From Oscillospiraceae bacterium (GTDB taxonomy: Bacteria; Bacillota; Clostridia; Oscillospirales; UBA929), in assembly GCA_009782385.1 (NCBI GenBank), contig WRJE01000001.1, forward strand, positions 8,303 through 72,302: DNA of 64,000 nt. Reading direction: 5' to 3'. Below, in pieces: positions 48,602-58,037 of this stretch. Position numbers and translations under genes: made by a program. Positions within the stretch are counted from its first letter, which is position 1. Every line of letters starts with the position of its first letter. The notes under the pieces were generated by a model that saw only the letters and a list, made by a program, of their open reading frames with translations, was not told where the DNA came from and did no database searches.

Positions 48602-49434
48602 ACCCATTTATTCAAATTGAAAACATAACATATAAATACCGCAACGAAGAGCTTGCGCTTGACGGTGTATCGCTCGGCATAGAAAAAGGCTCGTTTGTCG
48701 CCATAGTCGGTCATAACGGCTCGGGCAAATCCACACTGGCAAAGCATCTCAACGCCATCCTGCTCCCAACCTCCGGGCGCGTGCTGATAAACGACATGGA
48801 TACATCCGACCCCGCAAACACGATAGAGATACGGCGCACTGTCGGCGCGGTGTTCCAAAACCCCGACAATCAGCTCGTTGCGGCGGTCGTTGAGGAGGAT
48901 GTGGCTTTCGCGCCCGAAAATCTGGGCGTTCCGCCGTCTGAAATACGCGAGCGCGTTGACAAGGCGTTGAAAGACGTTGGTATGTACGACTACCGTGAAC
49001 ACGCCCCGCACAGATTATCCGGCGGTCAGAAACAGCGCGTGGCAATCGCCGGGGTTATAGCAATGCGCCCCGGGTGCATTGTTTTTGACGAACCGACCGC
49101 CATGCTCGACCCATCCGGGCGGCGCGAGGTATTGGCGACAATCGGCAAACTCCGCGATACTTACGGGATTACAATGATATTGGTAACACACCACATGAAC
49201 GAGGCGGCTCTCGCCGACCGCCTTATCGTGATGAATAGAGGCAAAATCTTTCTTGACGGTACGCCGGAAGAGATATTTTCGCAGGTGGACAGGCTTGCCG
49301 AAGCGGGCATGAACCCGCCGCACACCGTAATGCTGCTACACAGGCTGAAAGAGGCGGGATGGGACATCCCTGACGGCGCGCTGACACATGACGGCTGCGC
49401 CGAAGCGATACGAACGGCATTGGGGGTGCGCTGA
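48598..49434 (+). CDS. ecfA1: ECF transporter ATPase EcfA1
   Basis: GHNGSGKST, FQNPDNQ, LSGGQKQR, DEPTAMLDP. Confidence 0.95.
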   Translation: MNPFIQIENITYKYRNEELALDGVSLGIEKGSFVAIVGHNGSGKSTLAKHLNAILLPTSGRVLINDMDTSDPANTIEIRRTVGAVFQNPDNQLVAAVVEEDVAFAPENLGVPPSEIRERVDKALKDVGMYDYREHAPHRLSGGQKQRVAIAGVIAMRPGCIVFDEPTAMLDPSGRREVLATIGKLRDTYGITMILVTHHMNEAALADRLIVMNRGKIFLDGTPEEIFSQVDRLAEAGMNPPHTVMLLHRLKEAGWDIPDGALTHDGCAEAIRTALGVR

Positions 49435-49435
49435 T

Positions 49436-50296
49436 ATGTACCTCTCCACCGAAAACCTCACGCATACTTACGGCGCGGGAACGCCGTTTGAACGCCGCGC
49501 GTTGGACGGCGTTAACTTCAGCGTTGAACTCGGCGAAATGCGCGGCATAATCGGGCATACAGGCTCGGGTAAATCCACACTTATACAGCACTTGAACGGC
49601 TTGTTAAAACCCGGTTCAGGGCGCGTTCTTCTCGATGGCAAGGATGTCTGGGAGGGCAGCATACGCGAACTGCGTTTCAAAGTCGGATTGGTGTTCCAAT
49701 ACCCTGAGTATCAGCTTTTTGAGGAGACAGTAGCGGCGGACATAGCGTTCGGCCCTAAAAACATGGGATTGCAGGGTGCGGAACTCGAAACCCGCGTGGA
49801 CGAGGCGTTGGCGTTTGTAGGTCTTGACGAAAGCGTTAAGACTAAATCGCCTTTCGACCTCTCAGGCGGTCAGAAACGCCGCGCGGCAATCGCGGGAGTT
49901 ATCGCCATGCGCCCTCAAGTACTTATACTCGATGAACCGACCGCCGGGCTTGACCCTCGCGGGCGTGACGCGCTGTTGGAGCGCATAAAATCCTACCACC
50001 GCGAGCGCGGCGGCACGGTAATACTGGTAACCCACAGCATGGACGAACTGGCAAAGACAGTTGACAGCGTTACCGTCATGTCAAAAGCCAACATTCTGCT
50101 TGAGGGAACACCGCGCGAAGTGTTCGGGCAAGCCGATGTGCTTGAGCGGCACGGTCTGACCGTACCGGGCGTGACAGCGGTCTTCCGCCGCCTCGCCGCA
50201 ATGGGCGTTGACGTTGACCCCTCGGTGCTGACAGTAGATGAAGGTGTAAAATCGTTGTTGGTGTTGAAAAATTCGCAGGGAGGTGATATATCTTGA
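49436..50296 (+). CDS. ecfA2: ECF transporter ATPase EcfA2
   Basis: YGAGTPFE, GHTGSGKST, FQYPEYQLFEETV, SPFDLSGGQ. Confidence 0.95.
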   Translation: MYLSTENLTHTYGAGTPFERRALDGVNFSVELGEMRGIIGHTGSGKSTLIQHLNGLLKPGSGRVLLDGKDVWEGSIRELRFKVGLVFQYPEYQLFEETVAADIAFGPKNMGLQGAELETRVDEALAFVGLDESVKTKSPFDLSGGQKRRAAIAGVIAMRPQVLILDEPTAGLDPRGRDALLERIKSYHRERGGTVILVTHSMDELAKTVDSVTVMSKANILLEGTPREVFGQADVLERHGLTVPGVTAVFRRLAAMGVDVDPSVLTVDEGVKSLLVLKNSQGGDIS

Positions 50297-51300
50297 CCAA
50301 TCCTAATTTTATTGATTTATTTGCCGGCATTGGAGGATTTCATCAAGTTTTTACTTCGCTCGGAGCAAATTGTGTATATGCAGGTGACTATAACACATCG
50401 GCAAGAAAAACTTACGAAACAAATTACGGTTTTGAACCTGATGGAGATATTAGAAAATTAAATCCGCAAAATATACCGGATTTTGATATTTTGTGTGCCG
50501 GCTTCCCATGTCAGCCTTTTTCCATTGCCGGAGTATCTAAGAAAAAATCGCTTGGAATGGAACACGGTTTCGAGGATAAAGAACAAGGAAATTTATTTTT
50601 TGAAATTATCAGAATTATTCAAACCAAAAGACCAAAAATTATGTTTTTAGAAAATGTAAAGAACTTGAAATCTCATGATAATAAAAACACATGGAAAATA
50701 ATCCATCAAACTTTAATTGATAATAATTACTATGTATTTGAAAAAATTATTGACGCTCAATATTATGTTCCGCAGCACAGAGAAAGAATATTCATAATTT
50801 GTTTTGACAAATATGTTTTCCCTGATATTAACTTTGAGTTCCCTGAATGCCCTCAAAAGAGAATTGTTGAATTGAAAGATATTGTTGAAAAAAAAGTTGA
50901 CAGTAAATATACCTTAACTGATAAATTGTGGCAATATTTGCAACTGCATAAAGAAAACAGTCTTAAAAAAGGAAATGGGTTTGGTTTTGGTTTGGTTGAT
51001 TTAGAAAAAGATACAGTTACACGGACAATGAGTGCCAGATACTATAAAGACGGTTCTGAAATCTTAATAAAACAAAAAAATGACAATCCGAGAAGGCTGA
51101 CCCCAAATGAGGCAAAACGGCTTTTCGGTTATCCGGAAAATTTTATTATTCCGGTATCTGACTGCCAAGCGTATAAGCAATTCGGAAATACAGTTGTCAT
51201 TCCCGCAATTAGACATATAGCAGAGCGAATATTTGAGACAACGGAAGAATACGCAAAAGGCAACGCCAGGGTTAATTCCGTACAAATGAGTTTATTTTAG
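50293..51300 (+). CDS. DNA cytosine-5 methyltransferase, Dcm/M.EcoRII-like
   Basis: DLFAGIGG, GFPCQPFSIAGVSKK.SLG..HGF, ENV, PQHRER, KGNGFGFG..RTMSARYYKDG, QFGN; AT-rich. Confidence 0.93.
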   Translation: MTNPNFIDLFAGIGGFHQVFTSLGANCVYAGDYNTSARKTYETNYGFEPDGDIRKLNPQNIPDFDILCAGFPCQPFSIAGVSKKKSLGMEHGFEDKEQGNLFFEIIRIIQTKRPKIMFLENVKNLKSHDNKNTWKIIHQTLIDNNYYVFEKIIDAQYYVPQHRERIFIICFDKYVFPDINFEFPECPQKRIVELKDIVEKKVDSKYTLTDKLWQYLQLHKENSLKKGNGFGFGLVDLEKDTVTRTMSARYYKDGSEILIKQKNDNPRRLTPNEAKRLFGYPENFIIPVSDCQAYKQFGNTVVIPAIRHIAERIFETTEEYAKGNARVNSVQMSLF

Positions 51301-51312
51301 GGTGGTGAAGTA

Positions 51313-52041
51313 ATGTTAAACCAAGATGAAAGAAAAACAGTAAAGGAAATTGAAAGCAAATACTATATGCCCCCTCTAATCACAAGGTTAAACAACTTGA
51401 TTGAAACATATGGATATAAGGACGCTTTTAGATATTTACATCCAATTATTAGAGACGCTCAAAATGAGGTAATTGAAATAATCGAAGAGAGAAAGAAACA
51501 GGGAATAATAAAAGATGTAAGTCAAGCATCTAAAACTGTTGTGGGAGCTGTCTTTTCAAATTGTATTGAGTATCTTTTTCTTAAAGCCAAAGAAGCAGGA
51601 GAGGTTAGAGCGGATATATATGTAACATCAAAAGTGAAAAAATTCGGAGATATAATTTCAATTATTGTGGACGGGGAAAGCCAAAAACCGGATATGGATC
51701 TTGTTTTTTATACCCTCGAAGATGAAATACCTAAGAATATGATGATTATTTCTCTTAAAACATCCCTAAGAGAAAGAGCGGGACAGACATATAAATGGAA
51801 ACTATTATTAGAAATCGCAACGACAGAAAATCCGATTAAGGATAAATATAATATCGTATACCCGCTTAATAAAACCCCGCTTGTCTGTTTTGCGACTGTT
51901 AATTTCTATAATGAAATAAATAACCCCCAACACAGAGGAATGTTCAAGTTTTTTGACAAATCATTTATTGGAAAACCAATAGACGCAAATTTTATTGATA
52001 ATCTATCAACACTTATTGATTATGTAAATGAGGAGTTATAA
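51313..52041 (+). CDS. Type II restriction endonuclease, BsaWI-like (CCGG-family PD-(D/E)xK)
   Basis: KPDMD...IISLKTSLRERAGQ motif; adjacent to C5 MTase; AT-rich. Confidence 0.75.
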   Translation: MLNQDERKTVKEIESKYYMPPLITRLNNLIETYGYKDAFRYLHPIIRDAQNEVIEIIEERKKQGIIKDVSQASKTVVGAVFSNCIEYLFLKAKEAGEVRADIYVTSKVKKFGDIISIIVDGESQKPDMDLVFYTLEDEIPKNMMIISLKTSLRERAGQTYKWKLLLEIATTENPIKDKYNIVYPLNKTPLVCFATVNFYNEINNPQHRGMFKFFDKSFIGKPIDANFIDNLSTLIDYVNEEL

Positions 52042-52829
52042 TGCTTAAAGACGTAACCCTCGGGCAATACTTTCCGGGAAAATCATTTATACATCGGCTC
52101 GACCCTCGTGTTAAACTCGCGTTGGTGACGCTGTTCATCATCGCGCTGTTCGCCGCGAAGGGCATATACGCCTACGCGCTTGTCTTCGCGTGGCTCGCCT
52201 GTGCCGTTACATCGTCAAAACTGTCCCTGACAGTCTTCTTCCGCGGCCTGAAACCCCTCATATTCATCCTCGCGTTCACGGTGATACTCAACGCCCTGTA
52301 CACACCCGGCGAACAGCTCGTAAAATGGTGGATTTTTTCCGTAACGCTCGAAGGCCTGCAAATGGGCGGTTTTATGCTCGCAAGAATACTTATGCTTGTA
52401 ACCGGGACATTTCTGCTCACATACACAACATCACCCATCATGCTGACCGACGCGCTTGAGCGCGTGATGAGTCCGCTGAAAAATATAAAGCTCCCCGTTC
52501 ATGAACTGGCAATGATGATGACGATTGCCCTGCGTTTCATCCCCACACTTATCGAGGAAACCCAAAAAATCATGAGCGCGCAGCAGGCACGCGGCGCGGA
52601 TTTTGAAAGCAAGAACCTCATAAAGCGCGTCAAAGCCCTGATACCACTGCTCATACCGCTGTTCATCAGCGCGTTCCAACGCGCCGAGGATTTAGCCGTT
52701 GCCATGGAATGCCGCTGTTACAACGGCGGCGAGGGCAGGACACGTATGCGCGTCATGCGCGTGGAGTTCATTGATTACGCCGCGCTAACCGTAACACTCG
52801 CGCTCTGCGCGGCGGTCATAATCCTATGA
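52041..52829 (+). CDS. ecfT: ECF transporter transmembrane component EcfT
   Basis: GQY.PG.S.IH.LDPR.K, IALRFIP, AQQARG, AMECRCY. Confidence 0.95.
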   Translation: MLKDVTLGQYFPGKSFIHRLDPRVKLALVTLFIIALFAAKGIYAYALVFAWLACAVTSSKLSLTVFFRGLKPLIFILAFTVILNALYTPGEQLVKWWIFSVTLEGLQMGGFMLARILMLVTGTFLLTYTTSPIMLTDALERVMSPLKNIKLPVHELAMMMTIALRFIPTLIEETQKIMSAQQARGADFESKNLIKRVKALIPLLIPLFISAFQRAEDLAVAMECRCYNGGEGRTRMRVMRVEFIDYAALTVTLALCAAVIIL

Positions 52830-53569
52830 CGCGCAATATTGCTCTGACCCTGCGTTATGACGGCACGCGCTATCACGGCTGGCAGATACAAAAAAACGTC
52901 ATAAGCGTGTGCGGCACGGTGCAGAACGCGCTGTCGCAAATCTGCGGGCATGAAGTGAGCCTTATGGGCTGCGGACGCACGGACGCGGGCGTTCACGCCG
53001 AGCGTTACACCGCCAACTTTCGGACAAGCTCAACCATACCCGCCGAACGTCTGCCGTTCGCGCTCAACAGCAACCTGCCCGACGACATCGCCGCCCTTGA
53101 CGCGCGTGATGTGGAATACGAGTTCCACTCCGTGTTTTCCTGCGTGCGTAAAGAGTATACCTATCGTCTGTACCATTCCGCCCACCGCGACCCGCTGCTG
53201 GCTACACGTTCCCTGCACTATCCGAAGAAACCTCAACTCGAGGCGTGGCGGAACGCCGCCGAAAACTTTTTGGGAACGCATGACTTCGCCGCCGTCCGCT
53301 CAATGAACAGAAACCCGACCATAAAAAACACAATCAGGACGGTGTACGCTTTTGATGTGTACGAGGAATTTGAGAACCATTTCGCGTTCCGAATCGCCGC
53401 GAACGGCTTTTTATACAACATGGCTCGCGCAATGGTGGGTACTGTCCTCTACGCCGGGTTGGGCAAAATCGAGAGCGTCCCGGAACTGTTGGCATCGCTG
53501 AACCGCACCGCCGCAGGTCCGACCCTCCCCCCCTACGGCTTGTACATGACAAACGCGGAATACCCGTAG
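52826..53569 (+). CDS. truA: tRNA pseudouridine(38-40) synthase TruA
   Basis: YDGT.YHGWQ, GRTDAGVH, GFLYNMAR, AGPT.PP.GL. Confidence 0.96.
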   Translation: MTRNIALTLRYDGTRYHGWQIQKNVISVCGTVQNALSQICGHEVSLMGCGRTDAGVHAERYTANFRTSSTIPAERLPFALNSNLPDDIAALDARDVEYEFHSVFSCVRKEYTYRLYHSAHRDPLLATRSLHYPKKPQLEAWRNAAENFLGTHDFAAVRSMNRNPTIKNTIRTVYAFDVYEEFENHFAFRIAANGFLYNMARAMVGTVLYAGLGKIESVPELLASLNRTAAGPTLPPYGLYMTNAEYP

Positions 53570-53610
53570 GGCGGAATATCCGTAGGGCGCAACGCCCTCG
53601 GTGCGCCGTC
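53566..53610 (+). repeat. REP-like array 1 (truncated head plus full unit)
   Basis: CCCGTAGGGCGGAATATCC-GTAGGGCGCAACGCCCTCGGTGCGCCGTC. Confidence 0.85.
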
Positions 53611-53649
53611 TCAAACAACATATTTACTTCACAAAAAGGAAAAAATCAA

Positions 53650-54687
53650 ATGGATAACAGGAAACACTATCTTGACAATCTGCGGGCATTTACAATCTTG
53701 CTGCTTTTCCCCTTCCATATTTTTATGATTTATAATAATTGGGGCGAGGAGTTCTATGTCCGCGGCGAAGCTCTGTTGATTACAAGCGAATTTAACTCAA
53801 TAGTCAGCTTTTGGATGATGCCGCTGCTCTTCGCGGTTGCCGGCATAAGCTCACGCTACGCGCTGAAAAAACGGAGTGCGGGTGAATACGCAAAAGAACG
53901 TGTCAGCAAACTGCTTTTGCCTCTGATTTTCGGATTGCTCTTAGTCGTCCCCATACAACCGTACCTTGCGGGGCTATTCTATAACGGGCAAGCTAACTAT
54001 TTCGATTCATTCACAAAAGTCACGGATTTTAGCGGATATGACGGAGCATTCGCTCTCGCGCATTTATGGTTCATTCTTTTTCTGTTTGTGATTTCAATGG
54101 TGTGCCTGCCTTTTATGATTTGGTATAATAACAAAGGTAAAGGGACACTCGGCGATAAAGTGCCGCTGATATTTGTTATACTAATGGGGCTTCTCCCCTG
54201 TATCGGAAGTCTGGTTAAAATCGGTGGGCAGAGCTTAAAAAGCCCAACGGAGTATTTAGCGTATTTCCTATTAGGATACTTTTTCCTAAGCAATGATAAA
54301 TTGCTCGAAAAATTGGATAGATACCGCTTCTTACTGTTGGGATTGACTGTCCTGTATTCCGGGTTCACAAGATTTATCATTGACGGTGAATTTTACGAAA
54401 TGGCTTCTTGGCTTTGGATATTGATGATTTTGGGAATGGGCAGACATTATCTCAATTTCAAAGGTAATATCACCGCCTATCTATCAAAATCGTCATTCGG
54501 CATATACATTTTTCATCAGTCGTGGATTGTTATTGCGGCATTCTTTATATTTAAGGTGACAGACAGTCCTGTTCTGCAAATCCCGATAATTTTCCTGTCG
54601 TCAGTTGTTTTAACGTACTTAACATATGAAGTCTGCAAACGGGTGTCCGTTTTCAGCCGGATGTTCGGATTAAAGAAATCCCCGTAG
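53650..54687 (+). CDS. Acyltransferase-3 (OpgC-like) membrane protein
   Basis: R.HYLDNLR, MPLLF.VAG, HLWFI, SFGIYIFHQ. Confidence 0.9.
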   Translation: MDNRKHYLDNLRAFTILLLFPFHIFMIYNNWGEEFYVRGEALLITSEFNSIVSFWMMPLLFAVAGISSRYALKKRSAGEYAKERVSKLLLPLIFGLLLVVPIQPYLAGLFYNGQANYFDSFTKVTDFSGYDGAFALAHLWFILFLFVISMVCLPFMIWYNNKGKGTLGDKVPLIFVILMGLLPCIGSLVKIGGQSLKSPTEYLAYFLLGYFFLSNDKLLEKLDRYRFLLLGLTVLYSGFTRFIIDGEFYEMASWLWILMILGMGRHYLNFKGNITAYLSKSSFGIYIFHQSWIVIAAFFIFKVTDSPVLQIPIIFLSSVVLTYLTYEVCKRVSVFSRMFGLKKSP

Positions 54688-54808
54688 GGGCGGCCGTCCC
54701 GTCCGCCCGCCGAAATTCCCCCGTCCCCCGTAGGGCGCAACGCCCTCGGTGCGCCGTCTCAAATAACGCGACCCCATCCCCCGTAGGGGCGGTCGTCCCG
54801 TCCGCCCG
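54684..54808 (+). repeat. REP-like array 2 (three direct units)
   Basis: GTAG heads at 54684, 54730 and 54783, each preceded by a C-run. Confidence 0.9.
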
Positions 54809-54856
54809 CGTCAAATGTAATGTTTCTATAAAATCTACAATTATTGGTGATTGAAA

Positions 54857-55726
54857 ATGTCAGATTACAAAAACGGCAAATGGGCAAAAAAGATTATCGA
54901 GCTTCAAAAGCCGGATGGCAGCTGGGGATATTTTCATAGTTTGTCCATTCCGCAATCCGGGCAAGCGATAACCACGGAGCAAGCAATAAACAGATTGCGA
55001 AGATTAGGCTTTACAAAAGATGACGCGGTGATAAAAAAAGCACTCTCTTATATGCGCGACTGTTTTAAGTCTAAGGCAATACCCGATGGAAAAGAAAAGC
55101 GTATGGACTTTGATATTTTTTTAGACCTTATGCTTGCCGTTTGTATTAGAAAGTTTACCCGCGATGACGTTCTCGCAAATGAAGTTGCCGGAAAATGGCG
55201 TTGTATTGTTGAGGCGGCATTTTCGAGCGGCAAATATGACGGTGACGCATATATCAACACTTTGTATGAGGTGTTTGAACCAAAATACGGCACTGTGAAA
55301 AGACATAAAGAGCTTCTGCGGATAGATTATTATTACCCCATATCACTACTGGCGGGAGAGATAGACTCAAATATTGAAAAAGCGTATTTTGACTATATAA
55401 TGAGTTCCGAAACAGGTTATTATTACGGATATTACGGCGCGATTACACGGCTTCCAAGTAATTTTTGCTCTAAAGAAGCGAGCTTATATTTGGCGGCGGT
55501 TGAGCTTTATTGCGAATATCCGAATAAATATTGCAAAGACAAATTGAAATTTGTCGTTGAATGGCTAAATAATAATAAAAACGCAAGCGGCAGGTGGGAT
55601 ATGGGCGCGATTGTAAAAAACGGCACATATTTCCCGCTTTCCGATTCGTGGAGGACATCCGAATCGAGAGAAAAAGACTGCACTTATCGAATACAAAATA
55701 TAATTAACGCCGTATCGTCCCCGTAG
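54857..55726 (+). CDS. Hypothetical protein (possible alpha/alpha-toroid, QxxDGSW-type repeats)
   Basis: IIELQKPDGSWG and NKNASGRWD motifs; AT-rich. Confidence 0.7.
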   Translation: MSDYKNGKWAKKIIELQKPDGSWGYFHSLSIPQSGQAITTEQAINRLRRLGFTKDDAVIKKALSYMRDCFKSKAIPDGKEKRMDFDIFLDLMLAVCIRKFTRDDVLANEVAGKWRCIVEAAFSSGKYDGDAYINTLYEVFEPKYGTVKRHKELLRIDYYYPISLLAGEIDSNIEKAYFDYIMSSETGYYYGYYGAITRLPSNFCSKEASLYLAAVELYCEYPNKYCKDKLKFVVEWLNNNKNASGRWDMGAIVKNGTYFPLSDSWRTSESREKDCTYRIQNIINAVSSP

Positions 55727-55852
55727 GGGCGGCCGTTCGTCCGCCCGCGCATCAAACACAACCCGTCCCCCGTAGGGGCGGCCGTCCCGTCCGCCCGCCG
55801 TCCCACACAACGCGACCCCGTCCCCCGTAGGGGCGGCCGTCCCGTCCGCCCG
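55723..55852 (+). repeat. REP-like array 3 (three direct units)
   Basis: GTAGGGGCGGCCGTYCGTCCGCCCG-type units at 55723, 55772, 55827. Confidence 0.9.
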
Positions 55853-55892
55853 CGTTTCCCACATCAAACAATTTACATTTCAGGAGGCATAT

Positions 55893-56117
55893 ATGATTGA
55901 ATATACAAACAACCTCAAGAACATAAACGAAGAAATGCTGACCGGATTTTTTGTCGGATGGCCTAATCCGCCCTCACAATCAGCGCATATGAAAATATTA
56001 GAAGGCAGTTATTGCGTATGGCTTGCGATAGATACGGAAACGAATAAGGTTATTGGTTTTGTCAATTTTACGCAACCACGACAGACAGAACTGCGAATAA
56101 CAGGTGACGGGCGGTAA
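55893..56117 (+). pseudogene. Truncated GNAT acetyltransferase
   Basis: GFFVGWPNPPS...H..IL.GS....LAID...VIGFVN N-terminal half; acetyl-CoA motif A absent; frame ends inside a REP. Confidence 0.7.
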
Positions 56118-56131
56118 ATGACCGTCCCCAC
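56108..56131 (-). repeat. Inverted REP-like unit (GTGG head) closing the array region
   Basis: CGGGCGGTAAATGACCGTCCCCAC. Confidence 0.7.
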
Positions 56132-56146
56132 AGAAAGGTCATAACC

Positions 56147-57376
56147 ATGCCGGAAACTACTAACGAACCCGTAATAAAACGCTCGGTATTTGGCAAAGAG
56201 AAGCGTAAAAAGCCGCCGAAACTCAGCCGTATGCTAAGTTTCATCTTTTTCGCGGCGTTTTTCGCCGTTGTTTTGGGCGGTTTGGGCATATTCTGGCTTG
56301 TGCGCGATGACCTCAGCGAAAACCCTTTGAGTAGCTTCGCTAAGGATTTATCATGGAATCTGCGCCGCAGGGCGCAGACCTCCGCTGAAAAAATAATCTT
56401 TGACGGGCATATTGATAACGCTTACGCGCCGTTCAAAGAGGGATTAGCGGTCTTGACTGCAAACCGCCTTGTGTGTTATGATGCTGTCGGAAGGGAAATC
56501 GTATCCGCCGAACGCACCTTCAAGAAGCCCTGCCTGCTCTCCTCCCCCAAAAACGTGCTGGCGTTCGACCGAGGCGGCGACACCTTTGTACTCGTCAACG
56601 AACGCGGCATACTGCTTGACGAGCGACCCGAACGCCCCATCATAACCGCGAGCCTCAACCGACAGGGCTATATCGCGCTCGTCACACAGGCGGACAGATA
56701 TAAATCACTTCTAACAGTCATGGACGACAAAGGCGGCTTGATTTTCAAATATTACTCCCCAGATTATTATATCCTCGATGCCGTCCTGTCCCCCGACTCC
56801 AATATGGCCGCGCTCTCGTTCGCAGGCTTCGAGGACAACTGGATTAAGGGACATATAAAAGTGTTCGACCTCACGCTTTCCGATGGTGATGAAATAATCG
56901 GCAATCCCGCCGCCGTACTCAGACCGGGAGACGATGACGGCCTTGTTACCGAGATAATTTTCCAAAAAGGCGGAAATATTTCGGCGGTTTGCGAAAAAAG
57001 TATTTCCTTTTACAGCTTGGATGGTGTATTATTAAATCGCGCGGATTTTTCCGTCATGCTGGATTACTCCGTCATCAGCACAGGTATAGCCGTCCGCTCG
57101 TCACGCACCGATGCCGGAATGGAGAGCCGCCTTGACCTTTTCGGCTTTGACGGCGAACTTATTGATTCAACCGTGCTGAATGAGGAGATAATATGTCAGT
57201 CGGGCGGCGGCGATTATGTGACACTGGTAACAAGCCGCAGCATACGAGTTTACGACCGGATGTTAGCTCTGAAATCTGATGAGCCGAACGAATCGCACAC
57301 ACGCCGCATACTTCAGCGCGACAACGGAACAATGTTTCTTATATTCAACGACCACGCGCTGATTTACAGCCCGTAG
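56147..57376 (+). CDS. Membrane-anchored beta-propeller-like protein (DUF5711-like)
   Basis: Basic N-terminus, one TM, beta-rich repeats; upstream of cvpA. Confidence 0.7.
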   Translation: MPETTNEPVIKRSVFGKEKRKKPPKLSRMLSFIFFAAFFAVVLGGLGIFWLVRDDLSENPLSSFAKDLSWNLRRRAQTSAEKIIFDGHIDNAYAPFKEGLAVLTANRLVCYDAVGREIVSAERTFKKPCLLSSPKNVLAFDRGGDTFVLVNERGILLDERPERPIITASLNRQGYIALVTQADRYKSLLTVMDDKGGLIFKYYSPDYYILDAVLSPDSNMAALSFAGFEDNWIKGHIKVFDLTLSDGDEIIGNPAAVLRPGDDDGLVTEIIFQKGGNISAVCEKSISFYSLDGVLLNRADFSVMLDYSVISTGIAVRSSRTDAGMESRLDLFGFDGELIDSTVLNEEIICQSGGGDYVTLVTSRSIRVYDRMLALKSDEPNESHTRRILQRDNGTMFLIFNDHALIYSP

Positions 57377-57391
57377 AAAGAGGTTTATATA

Positions 57392-57847
57392 TTGAAGAAA
57401 TTCAAAATATATCTTGATAATTGTTGCTTCAACCGTCCTTTTGATAATCTTTCTCAAGATAAAGTCCGTTTTGAGTGTGAAGCCGTGTTATCTATTCTTA
57501 AAAACTGCGAAGATGGAATATGGGATATTTTCCGAAGTGATGTGTTGGATGATGAAATTGACAAAATCCCGAATTTGGTCAATAAAATTAAAGTTTTAAT
57601 GTTGTATTCATCAGCTTCAATAAATGTGGAAATAAGTGATATGATTATCCGCAGAGCCAAAGAGTTTCAAAGCACAGCAAATATCAAACCCTTTGACGCG
57701 CTTCATTTGGCAAGTGCCGAACAGGGCGGTGCCGACATTCTTTTAACTACAGATAGAAAGTTTTTAACTAACGCGGCAAAATCTGATGCAAAAGTTAGAG
57801 TTTCCAACCCTGCAATATGGATAACGGAGGTTATGTACAATGATTAG
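57392..57847 (+). CDS. PIN-domain protein (putative toxin)
   Basis: IYLDNCCFNRPFD, IKPFDALHLASAE, LLTTD. Confidence 0.88.
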   Translation: MKKFKIYLDNCCFNRPFDNLSQDKVRFECEAVLSILKNCEDGIWDIFRSDVLDDEIDKIPNLVNKIKVLMLYSSASINVEISDMIIRRAKEFQSTANIKPFDALHLASAEQGGADILLTTDRKFLTNAAKSDAKVRVSNPAIWITEVMYND

Positions 57848-58037
57848 CAGTTTAAGCGAGATTAGGGAAAAAGGATTTGACGCACTCACGAAGGAGTTAG
57901 GTCCTTCCGGTATGGCTATTTTTATCCGTCAGTTTGAAAGCGGAAAAGGTAACTATACCGAAGAACGCGATGAATTGTTAAAAGATTTAACCATTGATGA
58001 TATAGCTGCCAGTATTAAAAGACGAAGAGGTGCTTAA
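57840..58037 (+). CDS. Small partner of PIN protein (putative antitoxin)
   Basis: EIREKG..AL.KELG..G...FIRQFE.G.G.YT.ER; overlaps PIN gene. Confidence 0.75.
   Translation: MISSLSEIREKGFDALTKELGPSGMAIFIRQFESGKGNYTEERDELLKDLTIDDIAASIKRRRGA

Noticed and set aside
54684-55852. Tandem repeat-spacer pattern resembling CRISPR arrays
   Set aside because: Only three units per array, units vary, spacers resemble each other, the same unit is dispersed across the window, and no cas genes are present.
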